In this document: in pieces, positions 38,592-47,841 of the stretch
Layout of the letters: every line of letters begins with the position of its first letter
Numbering within the stretch: position 1 is the stretch's first letter
From: a virus
Lineage: Duplodnaviria > Caudoviricetes
Strand: one strand, 5' to 3'
IMG/VR virus record: IMGVR_UViG_3300016476_000983
Span: 1-50,872 of that record
Length of the DNA stretch: 50,872 nt
Position numbers and translations under genes: made by a program
Notes under the pieces: generated by a model
What the model saw: the letters and a program-made list of their open reading frames with translations, nothing else
The model's database searches: none
Told to the model about the DNA's origin: nothing

Positions 38592-39364
38592 GTGACAAAA
38601 TCGGTCTACTCGACCATCTCGAAATCAGCTACCAAACAAACGCCAGAGACTGCACTACCGACTGTCTGTGGTGCGGCTCTGACAGCAAACTCTCAATCAG
38701 CAGAGAGGACGGCAACGTCTTTCAATGCTGGTCATGTAAGGAACGTGGCAATGGTCTGTCTCTGATGAGGAAGTACTACTCTCTTCTCCCAGAACTTACC
38801 CTGCAGCAAGCCAAAGAGTTCGTCAGCCTGAAACCCGGTATTGTTCCGGCGACTCTTCGTGATGAAGGCGTTCGCTGGGACAACGGCAATTTCTGGATTC
38901 CTGTAAGGAACGCCGAAGGCAACATCATCGCACTGCATAAGTACGATACAACCACCAATATCATCTACAGCAGCCCTAAACCATTCTCGTGTTCGATCCT
39001 CGGGCTGCACAGGTTCAAGCCCGACTGCACGGAAGTGTGGGTGGCTGAAGGGCACGCTGACTACTTCGTGCTTCGTCATCAGCTTAACCGTATTCCCAAT
39101 CCTCCAGAAATGCTGGGGACTTGCGGCAGTGGCTTCAGCGGTTCATACCTGCATCTGTTGAGCGATAAGCACGTTGTGCTACTGTTCGACAATGACGATG
39201 CAGGAAGAACCGGTGTGCAGTCTGTTGCACGCCGCATTAAGTCTTCGGGTAGTACCGTACAGTCTCTGAAGTACTTCGACTGGTCTTCCGTGACTGTTCC
39301 CCAGCATTCAGAACTCCCATCGGGTTTCGATCTTCGAGACTTGGTCAACGCATTGAGGGCATGA
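38588..39364 (+). CDS. DNA primase (Zn finger + TOPRIM)
   Basis: CLWC...CWSC zinc site; VAEG..D; FDNDDAG; DLRD. Confidence 0.85.
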   Translation: MSDKIGLLDHLEISYQTNARDCTTDCLWCGSDSKLSISREDGNVFQCWSCKERGNGLSLMRKYYSLLPELTLQQAKEFVSLKPGIVPATLRDEGVRWDNGNFWIPVRNAEGNIIALHKYDTTTNIIYSSPKPFSCSILGLHRFKPDCTEVWVAEGHADYFVLRHQLNRIPNPPEMLGTCGSGFSGSYLHLLSDKHVVLLFDNDDAGRTGVQSVARRIKSSGSTVQSLKYFDWSSVTVPQHSELPSGFDLRDLVNALRA

Positions 39365-39927
39365 TGAAGGTCTTAATTGCTTGTGAGTTCAGCGGTGTAG
39401 TACGTGACGCATTCCGCCGTCGTGGACACGATGCGTGGTCGTGTGACATACTTCCCGCCGAACCTTCTCCCTTCCAGAAATATCACAAGCAATGCAGGCT
39501 GGAGGAACTGAAGTACAGGCACTGGGATCTTGCAATCTGTCACCCTCCTTGCACTCATCTTTCCGTATCAGGGGCACGATGGTTCAAAGACAAGCAACAG
39601 GAGCAACAGGAAGCCATACAGTTCTTCATGCGATGCGTTAAGTTTGGTGCAGACAGGGTATGCGTTGAAAACCCTGTCTGCATCATGTCTCGCCTGTATC
39701 GCAAACCAGACCAGATCATACAACCTTGGATGTTTGGTCACGGTGAAACAAAGAAGACCTGCCTGTGGCTGAAGAACCTTCCTTTGCTACAACCAACAAA
39801 CATCGTTGAAGGACGTGAGCAGCGAATCTGGAAAATGCCGCCGTCTGCAGACCGCGGTAAACTCCGAAGCATAACTTACACGGGCATTGCTGAAGCAATG
39901 GCTGATCAATGGGGAAACTTGAAATGA
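39361..39927 (+). CDS. DNA cytosine-C5 methyltransferase (short phage type)
   Basis: VLIACEFSG, HPPC, ENP, KKTCLW motifs. Confidence 0.85.
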   Translation: MMKVLIACEFSGVVRDAFRRRGHDAWSCDILPAEPSPFQKYHKQCRLEELKYRHWDLAICHPPCTHLSVSGARWFKDKQQEQQEAIQFFMRCVKFGADRVCVENPVCIMSRLYRKPDQIIQPWMFGHGETKKTCLWLKNLPLLQPTNIVEGREQRIWKMPPSADRGKLRSITYTGIAEAMADQWGNLK

Positions 39928-41213
39928 ACATCATCGAACTGATCCGTGATCACTTGGTTGAAGTCAAGATGGACGAAGTCGTGTCCATCCAGCCTCAACC
40001 CTGTGACTCCTTCCATAAGCTGATGACGATCTACCGTCAGGACATGAGCGTCACTAAGTCTATGGAAGACTGCCTGGCTCTGTGCATGGCTACACACATT
40101 GCCGTAGTTCTCGACGGCGACCCAATCTGGATGTACCTCGTGGGTGCTCCATCATCCGGCAAGAGTACAATCTGCGATTTGCTCTCATCGGATGAACTGC
40201 ATACCCGTGCATTGAGCAAGTTCACAGGGCTTGTCTCAGGCAGCCGACAAGGCACTCACCTGATTCCATTGCTGCAGGGTAAGTGCGTCGTTATCAAAGA
40301 CGGCACACTGTTGTTGGAATCAACCCCTCAGCAGCTTGCCAATGTCTACGGTGAACTCCGTGACATTTTCGACGGCAGCCTCAATGCTGAGTACCGTAAC
40401 GGTGTCTCTGCTTCCTTCCAGAACATCTCGTTCGGCATGATCATCGGAATCACGGAACGAATCTACTCGCTGAACATGTCAGCCCTTGGCGAACGCTTCA
40501 TTCACTGCCGACTGGAAACCAGTCGTGAGGTTGAAATGAAGCGTAACCGCAGTGCCATTCGTGGTATCTTTGAGCGTAGCAGCCGGACCAACTACGAGGG
40601 TAATGAAGCGGGCGACTCTCGATCATTTCCTAAACAGCGTGCCTACACCGCTGGGTTCCTCAGCCACATGCACACAGTCATCAGAACTGGCGATTTGCTG
40701 AGGCCAGAATACACCGAAGAGGATGAAGCACTGATCCAGGCTTGCGGTGACGTAATTGCCTGCAGCCGTGCTCAAGCACCTCGCAGCAAGGAACATGGCA
40801 GCAACGAGCTGTTGTATGATGCTTTGCCCGAAGCATCCACCCGCGTCTGTAAGCAGCTTAGCCGACTGGCCTATTGCCTTTGCTACATCTTCAACGTCAG
40901 CCACATTACTCCCGAAATCAGACGGCTGATTGTCAAAGTGACATTGGACACGTCCTACAGTCGCCAGCACCGGATCATCCGCCATGTTGCTCTTTCCCAG
41001 AAAGGACTGGGGCGGCAAAGCATTGCGGCATTGTCCGGTATCCCGCTGGAGACTATCAGCCGTCGAATCGATGACCTGCTCAGTCTCAAAATACTGACTG
41101 GTGACGACACCAGTACCCGTCCTGTCCGTGGTCGTGCTGTCTCTGTACTCCGGTGCTCTGACTGGGTACAGGAAGCATTCCGAAAGGTTGAAGAATATGC
41201 CCCAGAAACATAA
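39924..41213 (+). CDS. P-loop ATPase/helicase-like protein with C-terminal HTH
   Basis: Walker A GAPSSGKST, VVIKD, GERF; C-terminal helix-turn-helix-like segment. Confidence 0.7.
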   Translation: MNIIELIRDHLVEVKMDEVVSIQPQPCDSFHKLMTIYRQDMSVTKSMEDCLALCMATHIAVVLDGDPIWMYLVGAPSSGKSTICDLLSSDELHTRALSKFTGLVSGSRQGTHLIPLLQGKCVVIKDGTLLLESTPQQLANVYGELRDIFDGSLNAEYRNGVSASFQNISFGMIIGITERIYSLNMSALGERFIHCRLETSREVEMKRNRSAIRGIFERSSRTNYEGNEAGDSRSFPKQRAYTAGFLSHMHTVIRTGDLLRPEYTEEDEALIQACGDVIACSRAQAPRSKEHGSNELLYDALPEASTRVCKQLSRLAYCLCYIFNVSHITPEIRRLIVKVTLDTSYSRQHRIIRHVALSQKGLGRQSIAALSGIPLETISRRIDDLLSLKILTGDDTSTRPVRGRAVSVLRCSDWVQEAFRKVEEYAPET

Positions 41214-41243
41214 ACAACGCAACAAAACAAAAGCGAGGTGGTT

Positions 41244-41597
41244 ATGAAAGACTACTGCACAATCGAAATCAAAATCCCCGGATTCTACAAAGAATCCTCA
41301 GACTTCACTGCTGATATCCGACGCCGATTCCCAATTGGTACAATCCTGATGCTCAAGAGGGACATTGCGAGAGAACCTTACCAAGTGGACAGGTATCACC
41401 ACAGCAGCATACGGATTGGACGCAGCAATCCAAGAAACACAACAACCATCGGCATTATCCTCCGCAGGCTGACCGAAGATGAAAAAACCAAAAACCGTGA
41501 AGATACCCAGCAAGTCCCCACCTCGGGCAAACGGAAAGCTACCTCAACACCGACGAAAAGGAAGAGGACCACAGAGGCTGCAGATCCTGGCACGTGA
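41244..41597 (+). CDS. Hypothetical protein
   Basis: GAGG RBS; overlaps HNH gene. Confidence 0.45.
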   Translation: MKDYCTIEIKIPGFYKESSDFTADIRRRFPIGTILMLKRDIAREPYQVDRYHHSSIRIGRSNPRNTTTIGIILRRLTEDEKTKNREDTQQVPTSGKRKATSTPTKRKRTTEAADPGT

Positions 41598-41775
41598 TGA
41601 GTTCACCTGCCTGAAATGTGGACAGCCATATCCGGAATACAATCTGGAAGTGGACCACATCATCCCGCTTCATCAGGGTGGTCCAGACAACGCCAGCAAC
41701 CTGCAGACCCTGTGCAAAGCCTGCCATGCCGCTAAAACCGCCTCAGAGGCCGCTGGACGCTGCCTGAAGCACTAA
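41479..41775 (+). CDS. HNH endonuclease (cos-packaging accessory type)
   Basis: RD..CxxC...VDHIIP..GG...NLQTLCxxCH..KT. Confidence 0.9.
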   Translation: MKKPKTVKIPSKSPPRANGKLPQHRRKGRGPQRLQILARDEFTCLKCGQPYPEYNLEVDHIIPLHQGGPDNASNLQTLCKACHAAKTASEAAGRCLKH

Positions 41776-41868
41776 TACGATACTTTCTTCATCCCAGAAA
41801 TCCGAACGCGGTATAAGGCAAGCCAGAGGGCTTCCTGACCATGTTCATCATCCCATAGGAGAGAACCT

Positions 41869-42519
41869 GTGCCAAACCAAGGCTACCCAGAAGATGGTCC
41901 TGCATTCCCCGGCAGGGAGATTGTGGAACCTGTCACAAGCAAGTCCCCAGTGCGGTACGTTGTGCATGACTACGGCAACCAGCCCACAGTCCACGTCGAC
42001 CAGACTACCGCTGACCGTGTTGCAGCAACCCGCAAGATCGAAGTCACCGAAGTGTCACCATCAGTCGCTGACGGTATCCTAAAAAATGCGGCTGGGAGTA
42101 CCACTGAATTCACACAGCAACCTTCCCGAGAGGCCGCTAAACAAGCTCGTAACTTCACGATTGACACGGGCGGGACAAAATTCGTCATTGGTGCGGGTCT
42201 GAGCAGTCTGCAATCCTGGATCACCGAATGGGCTATCGGTAAAGGCTGGCTGGTCCCCGGTCAACCTCGGGAACTGCTCCATCAACTCATGCTGGTAGTC
42301 AGCGAACTGTCTGAGGCGTGTGAAGCCCACCGTGAGGGCAACCCGAAGTGTGACCGTCCAAACATGGGCGAGTTCTCCCATGTTGAGGAGGAACTGGCAG
42401 ACGCTGTGATCCGTATCCTGCAGATTGCAGGGGAGCACAATTTCCGCGTGGTTGAAGCAATCATCGCTAAGATGGAGTTCAATGAGACCCGTCCTGTAAA
42501 GCACGGCAAGACTTGCTGA
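41869..42519 (+). CDS. MazG-like nucleotide pyrophosphohydrolase (C-terminal domain)
   Basis: SELSEACEA, EEELAD, KMEFN..R...HGK. Confidence 0.8.
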   Translation: MPNQGYPEDGPAFPGREIVEPVTSKSPVRYVVHDYGNQPTVHVDQTTADRVAATRKIEVTEVSPSVADGILKNAAGSTTEFTQQPSREAAKQARNFTIDTGGTKFVIGAGLSSLQSWITEWAIGKGWLVPGQPRELLHQLMLVVSELSEACEAHREGNPKCDRPNMGEFSHVEEELADAVIRILQIAGEHNFRVVEAIIAKMEFNETRPVKHGKTC

Positions 42520-42544
42520 TTCTTCTCTCCAGAAGTCTCAAACG

Positions 42545-42589
42545 AAAAAACCCCTGCAGGGAGTGTACCTTGCAGGGGTTTCTTTATTT
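42545..42589. terminator. Bidirectional terminator where the two transcription arms converge
   Basis: AAACCCCTGCAGGG/CCTTGCAGGGGTTT stem with A-run before and T-run after. Confidence 0.85.
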
Positions 42590-42590
42590 G

Positions 42591-43280
42591 TTACTTGCCG
42601 AATTCCTTCCGTCTGCGGTCACGTTCAGCAATGAACTCTTCCGCATACTGGAATGAATCCTTGGCTGAATACGAGCCGTTGTAAATATAAACCTCCCGTG
42701 CCAACTTCTCAACTTCCGTCTCAGGCTGCTCAGCACTGCCAACATCCAGGCTTTCCAGCCTTCGACGCTCCACTGCAAGCGAGTGCTGCAGGTTGTGAAC
42801 TTCCTGCCGAAGATTGTCCCTTTCGGTAATCAGTCTGGTTCTTTCTTGTTCCGCTGCCTGAATGACGACAGAATTGGTTTTCTCTTGTGCTTTAAGTTTC
42901 CCCTCCAAAGCGGCAAGCTGCTTCTTCAGACCGTCAACGTGCTCCTGCATTCTTTGCAGTCGATTGTGCAACTCCATGTTTTCTTCCACAAGTTTTTTTA
43001 TCTGCTGATTGGCCTCAGCCAGTTCATTTTCAAGTTCTTCCTCCGATGTAAGCCCGTCTTCCGTTTCCTCCTCCTCCCACTCACCCGCAGCGTCGTTTGT
43101 TATTGGGTTTGTAACGGGTCTACTCACTGGTCTTCTACAGTTGGAGTTAGTGCCGACAACCATGCCGCATACTGTATCACCTTTTTTCACTGTGTGCCAG
43201 ACCTGAGCACTTGCAACGTAAATCTGATCACCTTCTTCAAGTCGATCACCAGGCCGCAGCTTAACTGAATAACCGCTCAT
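42591..43280 (-). CDS. Coiled-coil protein
   Basis: GGGAG RBS before ATG 43280; long heptad region. Confidence 0.7.
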   Translation of the reverse strand: MSGYSVKLRPGDRLEEGDQIYVASAQVWHTVKKGDTVCGMVVGTNSNCRRPVSRPVTNPITNDAAGEWEEEETEDGLTSEEELENELAEANQQIKKLVEENMELHNRLQRMQEHVDGLKKQLAALEGKLKAQEKTNSVVIQAAEQERTRLITERDNLRQEVHNLQHSLAVERRRLESLDVGSAEQPETEVEKLAREVYIYNGSYSAKDSFQYAEEFIAERDRRRKEFGK

Positions 43281-43294
43281 GTATTCTCTCCCAG

Positions 43295-43320
43295 AAAAAC
43301 CCCGGCCACTCTCCGGGGTT
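43295..43320 (-). terminator. Intrinsic terminator
   Basis: AACCCCGG/CCGGGGTT stem then T-run on minus strand. Confidence 0.6.
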
Positions 43321-43337
43321 AAGACCAAAAAATCCGG

Positions 43338-44039
43338 CTACGGGGAAAAGTGAACCTGTTCGATCGGCAGAACCAGACGAGAATCAACGAACGGTTTCAA
43401 GTAGTCCCAGTGCAGGAAACCAGGACGCAGCTCAACAGCCCTGTTCATACCGTTACACCTGACTTCTCTGATCCTTTCCTGTGCTTCTTCCGCAGTCTCA
43501 CATTCACTCAGACCGCACACGTCACCGTACAGGACTACCCAGCAGTGCTCAGACACACTGGCAGAGTTGAAGCTCATGGAATACACCACAAACTGACCAG
43601 CAGAGTCCTGCAGCATGGCAACCATCATGGCTACCATATGCAGCTTTGCTGCCAGCGGTACAGGATCAGCAACGGTACTGAGATTCTCATCAAATGTCTG
43701 AATCAAAGAAATCAGCATACCGATAGCCGCTGGATGAACGTACATGATATCCATCGGCTTAACCGTTGCTGGTCCCATGTTCTTCATGCCACCGTCCACG
43801 GAACGGTATTCAGTGAAATCTTCTAGGATCAGTTCGGGAACGTGGAACTCACCTCCCGGTTCCCAGTGTTCCCGCCAATGCCGGTCTGGTTCCACAGCTG
43901 CCCTGTCCATCGCTTCGGACAAGTCTTTCCACATCGGTGCTCCTTTGACCTGCTGCAGCTTGTCACGGTTCTGCAGCATCTGTCGAATGCTACGCTGTTT
44001 GAACTTCGCAATCAGTTCGTCAACACGTGTAATACTCAT
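43338..44039 (-). CDS. Hypothetical protein
   Basis: 233 aa ORF coupled to upstream gene. Confidence 0.7.
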   Translation of the reverse strand: MSITRVDELIAKFKQRSIRQMLQNRDKLQQVKGAPMWKDLSEAMDRAAVEPDRHWREHWEPGGEFHVPELILEDFTEYRSVDGGMKNMGPATVKPMDIMYVHPAAIGMLISLIQTFDENLSTVADPVPLAAKLHMVAMMVAMLQDSAGQFVVYSMSFNSASVSEHCWVVLYGDVCGLSECETAEEAQERIREVRCNGMNRAVELRPGFLHWDYLKPFVDSRLVLPIEQVHFSP

Positions 44040-44245
44040 CGCTTCAACCCTTTCAATTCAATTCCAACTCCGCCGCTGGCCAGACCGTACACCCGGTGAA
44101 CCATATAGCGGTGTCTACCATTCTCCCAGAAATCCCCTACACGGGGTAGGGGCTGTTCGTTTCCTTCCAGTTCTTCCTTCTCAATCAGAACTACTGTCCG
44201 GTGTGTCGGTGTCTCCGGTCGGGACATAAGCGGTGCTCTTTTCAA
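44036..44245 (-). CDS. Hypothetical protein
   Basis: ATGA overlap with downstream gene; start uncertain. Confidence 0.45.
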   Translation of the reverse strand: MKRAPLMSRPETPTHRTVVLIEKEELEGNEQPLPRVGDFWENGRHRYMVHRVYGLASGGVGIELKGLKR

Positions 44246-44477
44246 AAGTGAATTTCACGACAATGGTGGTCGAACCCAACTCCTGCTCAAAAAACCTGTA
44301 TCCCCTCAAAGACCGCATTCGCTCGTCCTTATTCAGTGGGGCACGCTCCCGAATTGGTGGAGGTGTCACCGTTTCAACGGAAAGCCCTGTCAGCTTGCCG
44401 AAATTGAAGTACGTACCTTCGTTCAACATTAGTACCACTTCATCACCGGGTTTGATAATAATAGGAACACTACTCAC
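44181..44477 (-). CDS. Hypothetical protein
   Basis: GGGAG RBS before GTG 44477. Confidence 0.55.
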   Translation of the reverse strand: MSSVPIIIKPGDEVVLMLNEGTYFNFGKLTGLSVETVTPPPIRERAPLNKDERMRSLRGYRFFEQELGSTTIVVKFTFEKSTAYVPTGDTDTPDSSSD

Positions 44478-44510
44478 CGTTGTTCTCCCAGAAAAAATCA
44501 CCGCAGGGGA

Positions 44511-45437
44511 TTACAGGTCAGCCGGGTTTCTGAACCCCAGAAACACCGGAATACGTGGACGGTCGACGCTGCCCATTTCCTGATACTTGAACTTGACAAC
44601 GGCACCCAGATAGTAAGCCTGGTCTTCCCATATCTGTTTTCTCAGTCTGTCGTCAAACCCTGTACCAATCTCAAACTCAATACCATCCCAGCGGCCACCG
44701 CAGCCCCGTACACGCAGCGTTCCGAGTGTACCGCTGCCTACCATACCCTCTTGCTTGTGTGAACGCTCAGTGAGTCCCAGAGCGTTTACCGTGGCCTGAT
44801 TCGTGTTGTGCTGGCGTTCCACGTATCCGATGATTTCAGCCTCACCGTCAGCGAACGGTTTCAGCTTGAGTAACCCACCCTCTTTGACCGTACTCCGGCC
44901 AAACTTGTACATACCACCGGGATTTCTGAGCATGATTCCCTCAAAGCCCTGACTTAGGTATTTCAAATTGAGGGCTTCGAGTTGGCCCACGTCATTCACG
45001 GTAACGTGATGAACGTGACGAACGCGGTACAAGTGTTGCCGCTGACGACACCATTCTTTAACACCACCCAGACGCATTTGATACGATACCGAATCGACCT
45101 GATCAAACACCGCGAACAAAAAATCCGGCGTCCCCCGTTTGCTCATGACGGCAGACGACACCGCGTTAAACGGTGTCGCTGCCCACTCATGCAACTCGCC
45201 GTGGAAAGATTCACCAGCGTAAGCCCGAGTCAATATCTCACCGTCAAAGTCAGGGAGGTTCATGCTTTCAAGCCTGTTCCGGATATGATCATTAGGAATA
45301 GGCTTAAGTGACCGGGTGAGGGCTTTACCCTCACGGATCACACAGCGTATTCCGTCTAGTTTGGGGCTGACCAGTACAGGGAATTTCACGTCATCCAGAT
45401 TCTTCAATTCAGCGGCGAGCATAGGGCGGAACGTCAT
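44511..45437 (-). CDS. ATP-dependent DNA ligase
   Basis: Motif I KLDGIR, FDGEI, VFD, EGIMLR, LKLK, GTGF, RIPVF. Confidence 0.95.
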   Translation of the reverse strand: MTFRPMLAAELKNLDDVKFPVLVSPKLDGIRCVIREGKALTRSLKPIPNDHIRNRLESMNLPDFDGEILTRAYAGESFHGELHEWAATPFNAVSSAVMSKRGTPDFLFAVFDQVDSVSYQMRLGGVKEWCRQRQHLYRVRHVHHVTVNDVGQLEALNLKYLSQGFEGIMLRNPGGMYKFGRSTVKEGGLLKLKPFADGEAEIIGYVERQHNTNQATVNALGLTERSHKQEGMVGSGTLGTLRVRGCGGRWDGIEFEIGTGFDDRLRKQIWEDQAYYLGAVVKFKYQEMGSVDRPRIPVFLGFRNPADL

Positions 45438-45494
45438 CGGAATTGTCCTTGAAAACTTTTGGGAAGAAAATCACCAACGGGTATACCACACAAA

Positions 45495-45965
45495 TCAGAT
45501 TTGACGGTGACGCAACTGGGGAAGCCCCGGAATAGCTCGCTGCAGGTTGCTGACGACTTCAAAGATCATATCCATCCCGCAGCCCTGCACGTATAACCCG
45601 GAGTGTTTGGCCATACGGTAGCCTAACACCACGTGCAGCTTATACGTGATGGAAACCAGTTGGTTATTTGCAATCACGAAGAAGTCAATACTGCGGGCCA
45701 TTCCGCTACGGGACACGTCACGAATCAGACCGTAGACAACACACTCAGCCGGTGTACCGTTCTCGTGATCAGCCGGACGGCTTGCCGATTGAACCAGTTC
45801 GGTGAGGTCACGGACAAGCTGCTGACGGTAGGTCGCTGCCCCAGCCTTAGCCGTCAGTCGTTCCATATCTGTTTTCTCAGCGTACTGCTGAACCAAAATC
45901 GAATCTGCAGCAACTTCCACGATTTCACCGGACGGAACGAAGCGAAAGTAGACTGTTTTAGACAT
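45495..45965 (-). CDS. Hypothetical phage protein
   Basis: GGGAG RBS; VSRSGM.R.I and GCGMDM motifs. Confidence 0.75.
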   Translation of the reverse strand: MSKTVYFRFVPSGEIVEVAADSILVQQYAEKTDMERLTAKAGAATYRQQLVRDLTELVQSASRPADHENGTPAECVVYGLIRDVSRSGMARSIDFFVIANNQLVSITYKLHVVLGYRMAKHSGLYVQGCGMDMIFEVVSNLQRAIPGLPQLRHRQI

Positions 45966-46060
45966 AGCACGTTACTCCCAAAAAATCATCAACGGGGTAT
46001 GCAGGAAACACACGATACTAGCCCCGTGACACGGGACTAGCCTCACACGTTCGCCGCAAA

Positions 46061-46360
46061 CTAACTCAAACGCTCAGCAATATCACCCCAGCACCCAACG
46101 CGAAACCGCCCTGACTTTGAACTGAACAGAATAGTCAGTTCGTAACTGTCACCAGTGTTCAGGTACTGCCACCCGTCCTGCCCACAATCGTCCCACCATT
46201 CAACGCCGAACGTGCCTAAGTCAGGGAAACGCTTTTCACGTTCCCCCAGAACTTCCGCAGCAGTGTGGGACGGGTGGCAACTGGTATAGCGGCGTTTGTG
46301 GGCATAGAGTTCGCGGCACCACTCAACAGCTTTTTCAGATACTTTCCCGTGACTCACCAA
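46061..46360 (-). CDS. Hypothetical phage protein (5' end possibly frameshifted)
   Basis: YLNTGDSY..TI motif; no clear RBS at TTG start. Confidence 0.55.
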   Translation of the reverse strand: MVSHGKVSEKAVEWCRELYAHKRRYTSCHPSHTAAEVLGEREKRFPDLGTFGVEWWDDCGQDGWQYLNTGDSYELTILFSSKSGRFRVGCWGDIAERLS

Positions 46361-46441
46361 CTTTCATCAGGACAACACCGCTTGAACTTGCCATAGTTTC
46401 TCTCTCTCCCAGAAATCACAAACGGGATACCGTCGAACTGA

Positions 46442-46828
46442 CTAGACGTAGCAGAAAGTACCGCACTCAGACGCAAATACAGTACTCTCACCCTGCCCGA
46501 TAGCTGCCCGTGCAAGGTCAGTGCCAAACTTACCCCACTGTCCGTCACGAAAACCGGCACCGTGCCCGTTACGGGACAGAAAAAAATCGTGCCCGGCTTG
46601 TTTGTATTCAGACTCACCCCACGGTTCTTGCATCATGCAGTCTCTAACTGTTGGGATAGTCAGAAAATCAGCACACTGAGACACAATTGCCAACCACGAA
46701 CGGTCGGTAAAGTGGCCAGCGTTAAACCGTTTGTTCAGTGGTTCGCCGTCTTCATCGGTTGAAGCCCATAAAGCTGTTTCGATATAGGACTCGACAAACA
46801 CGTTCAGCAATTCTTCAATACGTGACAT
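46442..46828 (-). CDS. Hypothetical phage protein
   Basis: GGGAG RBS; YIETALW and GHDFFLSRNGHGAGF motifs. Confidence 0.75.
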   Translation of the reverse strand: MSRIEELLNVFVESYIETALWASTDEDGEPLNKRFNAGHFTDRSWLAIVSQCADFLTIPTVRDCMMQEPWGESEYKQAGHDFFLSRNGHGAGFRDGQWGKFGTDLARAAIGQGESTVFASECGTFCYV

Positions 46829-46865
46829 TGAATTAACTCCCAGAAAATTTGAACGGGACACCTAA

Positions 46866-47486
46866 TCAGTTTAATCGTGTTTCAGAATCCGAAATTTCAC
46901 ACTCACTGACGACACGATACCAACCCTTATTCGTGACTTCCTGCCAGTCCGTGGCAAGTGGACGGGAACCAAAAGCCGTGTAATACGGGGACGCATACAG
47001 CTTACCGCAACGGCTACGGTGAACCACAACACTACCGGTACACTGGTTAGCCGCGATAACGTTTGCAAAGTCCCAGTGGCTGGGAAAACTGACTAAGTCA
47101 CCGTATTCCCGCCCGTCAAGTTGTGGACCGATAGCAAGTGAGTCAACGCGGTGAAGAGTGTCGTGAATCATACCGTTGTGACAGTAGGTCCAGTCACCAG
47201 AATCAGTATCGAAGAAGTGGCAATTGGCAACTGAAGGAAACCCCTGAGTAGCTGCCCGCATATGGACACAAACACGGCTGACTGAGCGTGACAGTATTCG
47301 CAACGTTTTTACGAAGTTGCCAAAACCCATTGACTGAAACCGCCATAAAATAGCGGTATCGCCGTCTACCCACTGATCAGGCAACCCAATAGCTGAACAA
47401 CCGTCATGATTACTGGGGTAGTCTTTTTCAAGCTGATCAATTAATGGGTTAAGCATTGAAACCGGAACGGTGTACATAGTACACAT
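46866..47486 (-). CDS. Class II (Ntn) glutamine amidotransferase-like protein
   Basis: N-terminal Cys2, N.DG, HMRAAT.G, NCHFF, HNG, DS motifs. Confidence 0.8.
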   Translation of the reverse strand: MCTMYTVPVSMLNPLIDQLEKDYPSNHDGCSAIGLPDQWVDGDTAILWRFQSMGFGNFVKTLRILSRSVSRVCVHMRAATQGFPSVANCHFFDTDSGDWTYCHNGMIHDTLHRVDSLAIGPQLDGREYGDLVSFPSHWDFANVIAANQCTGSVVVHRSRCGKLYASPYYTAFGSRPLATDWQEVTNKGWYRVVSECEISDSETRLN

Positions 47487-47508
47487 AGCACGTTACTCCC
47501 AAAAAAAA

Positions 47509-47772
47509 TCAGGCGGATACTTTCAGGCCACAAAGAAGCGAACCAACGTACCACGTGTAAACAGTACGGTGGCCAACACGTACCACGGTCACGCGATTGT
47601 TTGGCTGGTCGACACCGACAACTTCATACCGTGCCCCGGACGAATACACAAACACGCTACCGATTGTGATACGTGTGAGGCATTCTTCGTTACTGCTGAC
47701 GGGCCAATAAGTAACGCCAAAATCGTCAGTGACAGGCGGTTGAATTGTGACAGGACCGGAGATTACGGACAT
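47509..47772 (-). CDS. Hypothetical protein
   Basis: GGGAG RBS, first gene after promoter. Confidence 0.6.
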   Translation of the reverse strand: MSVISGPVTIQPPVTDDFGVTYWPVSSNEECLTRITIGSVFVYSSGARYEVVGVDQPNNRVTVVRVGHRTVYTWYVGSLLCGLKVSA

Positions 47773-47813
47773 TGAATCAACTCCCAAAAAATTCGTGTGG
47801 GTGGTACGGCGAA

Positions 47814-47841
47814 AGTGTAGCACACTTATCGACCGTGTCAA
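47814..47841 (-). promoter_or_regulatory. Sigma70-type early promoter
   Basis: TTGACA-16 nt-TACACT with extended TG and A-rich upstream tract. Confidence 0.7.
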
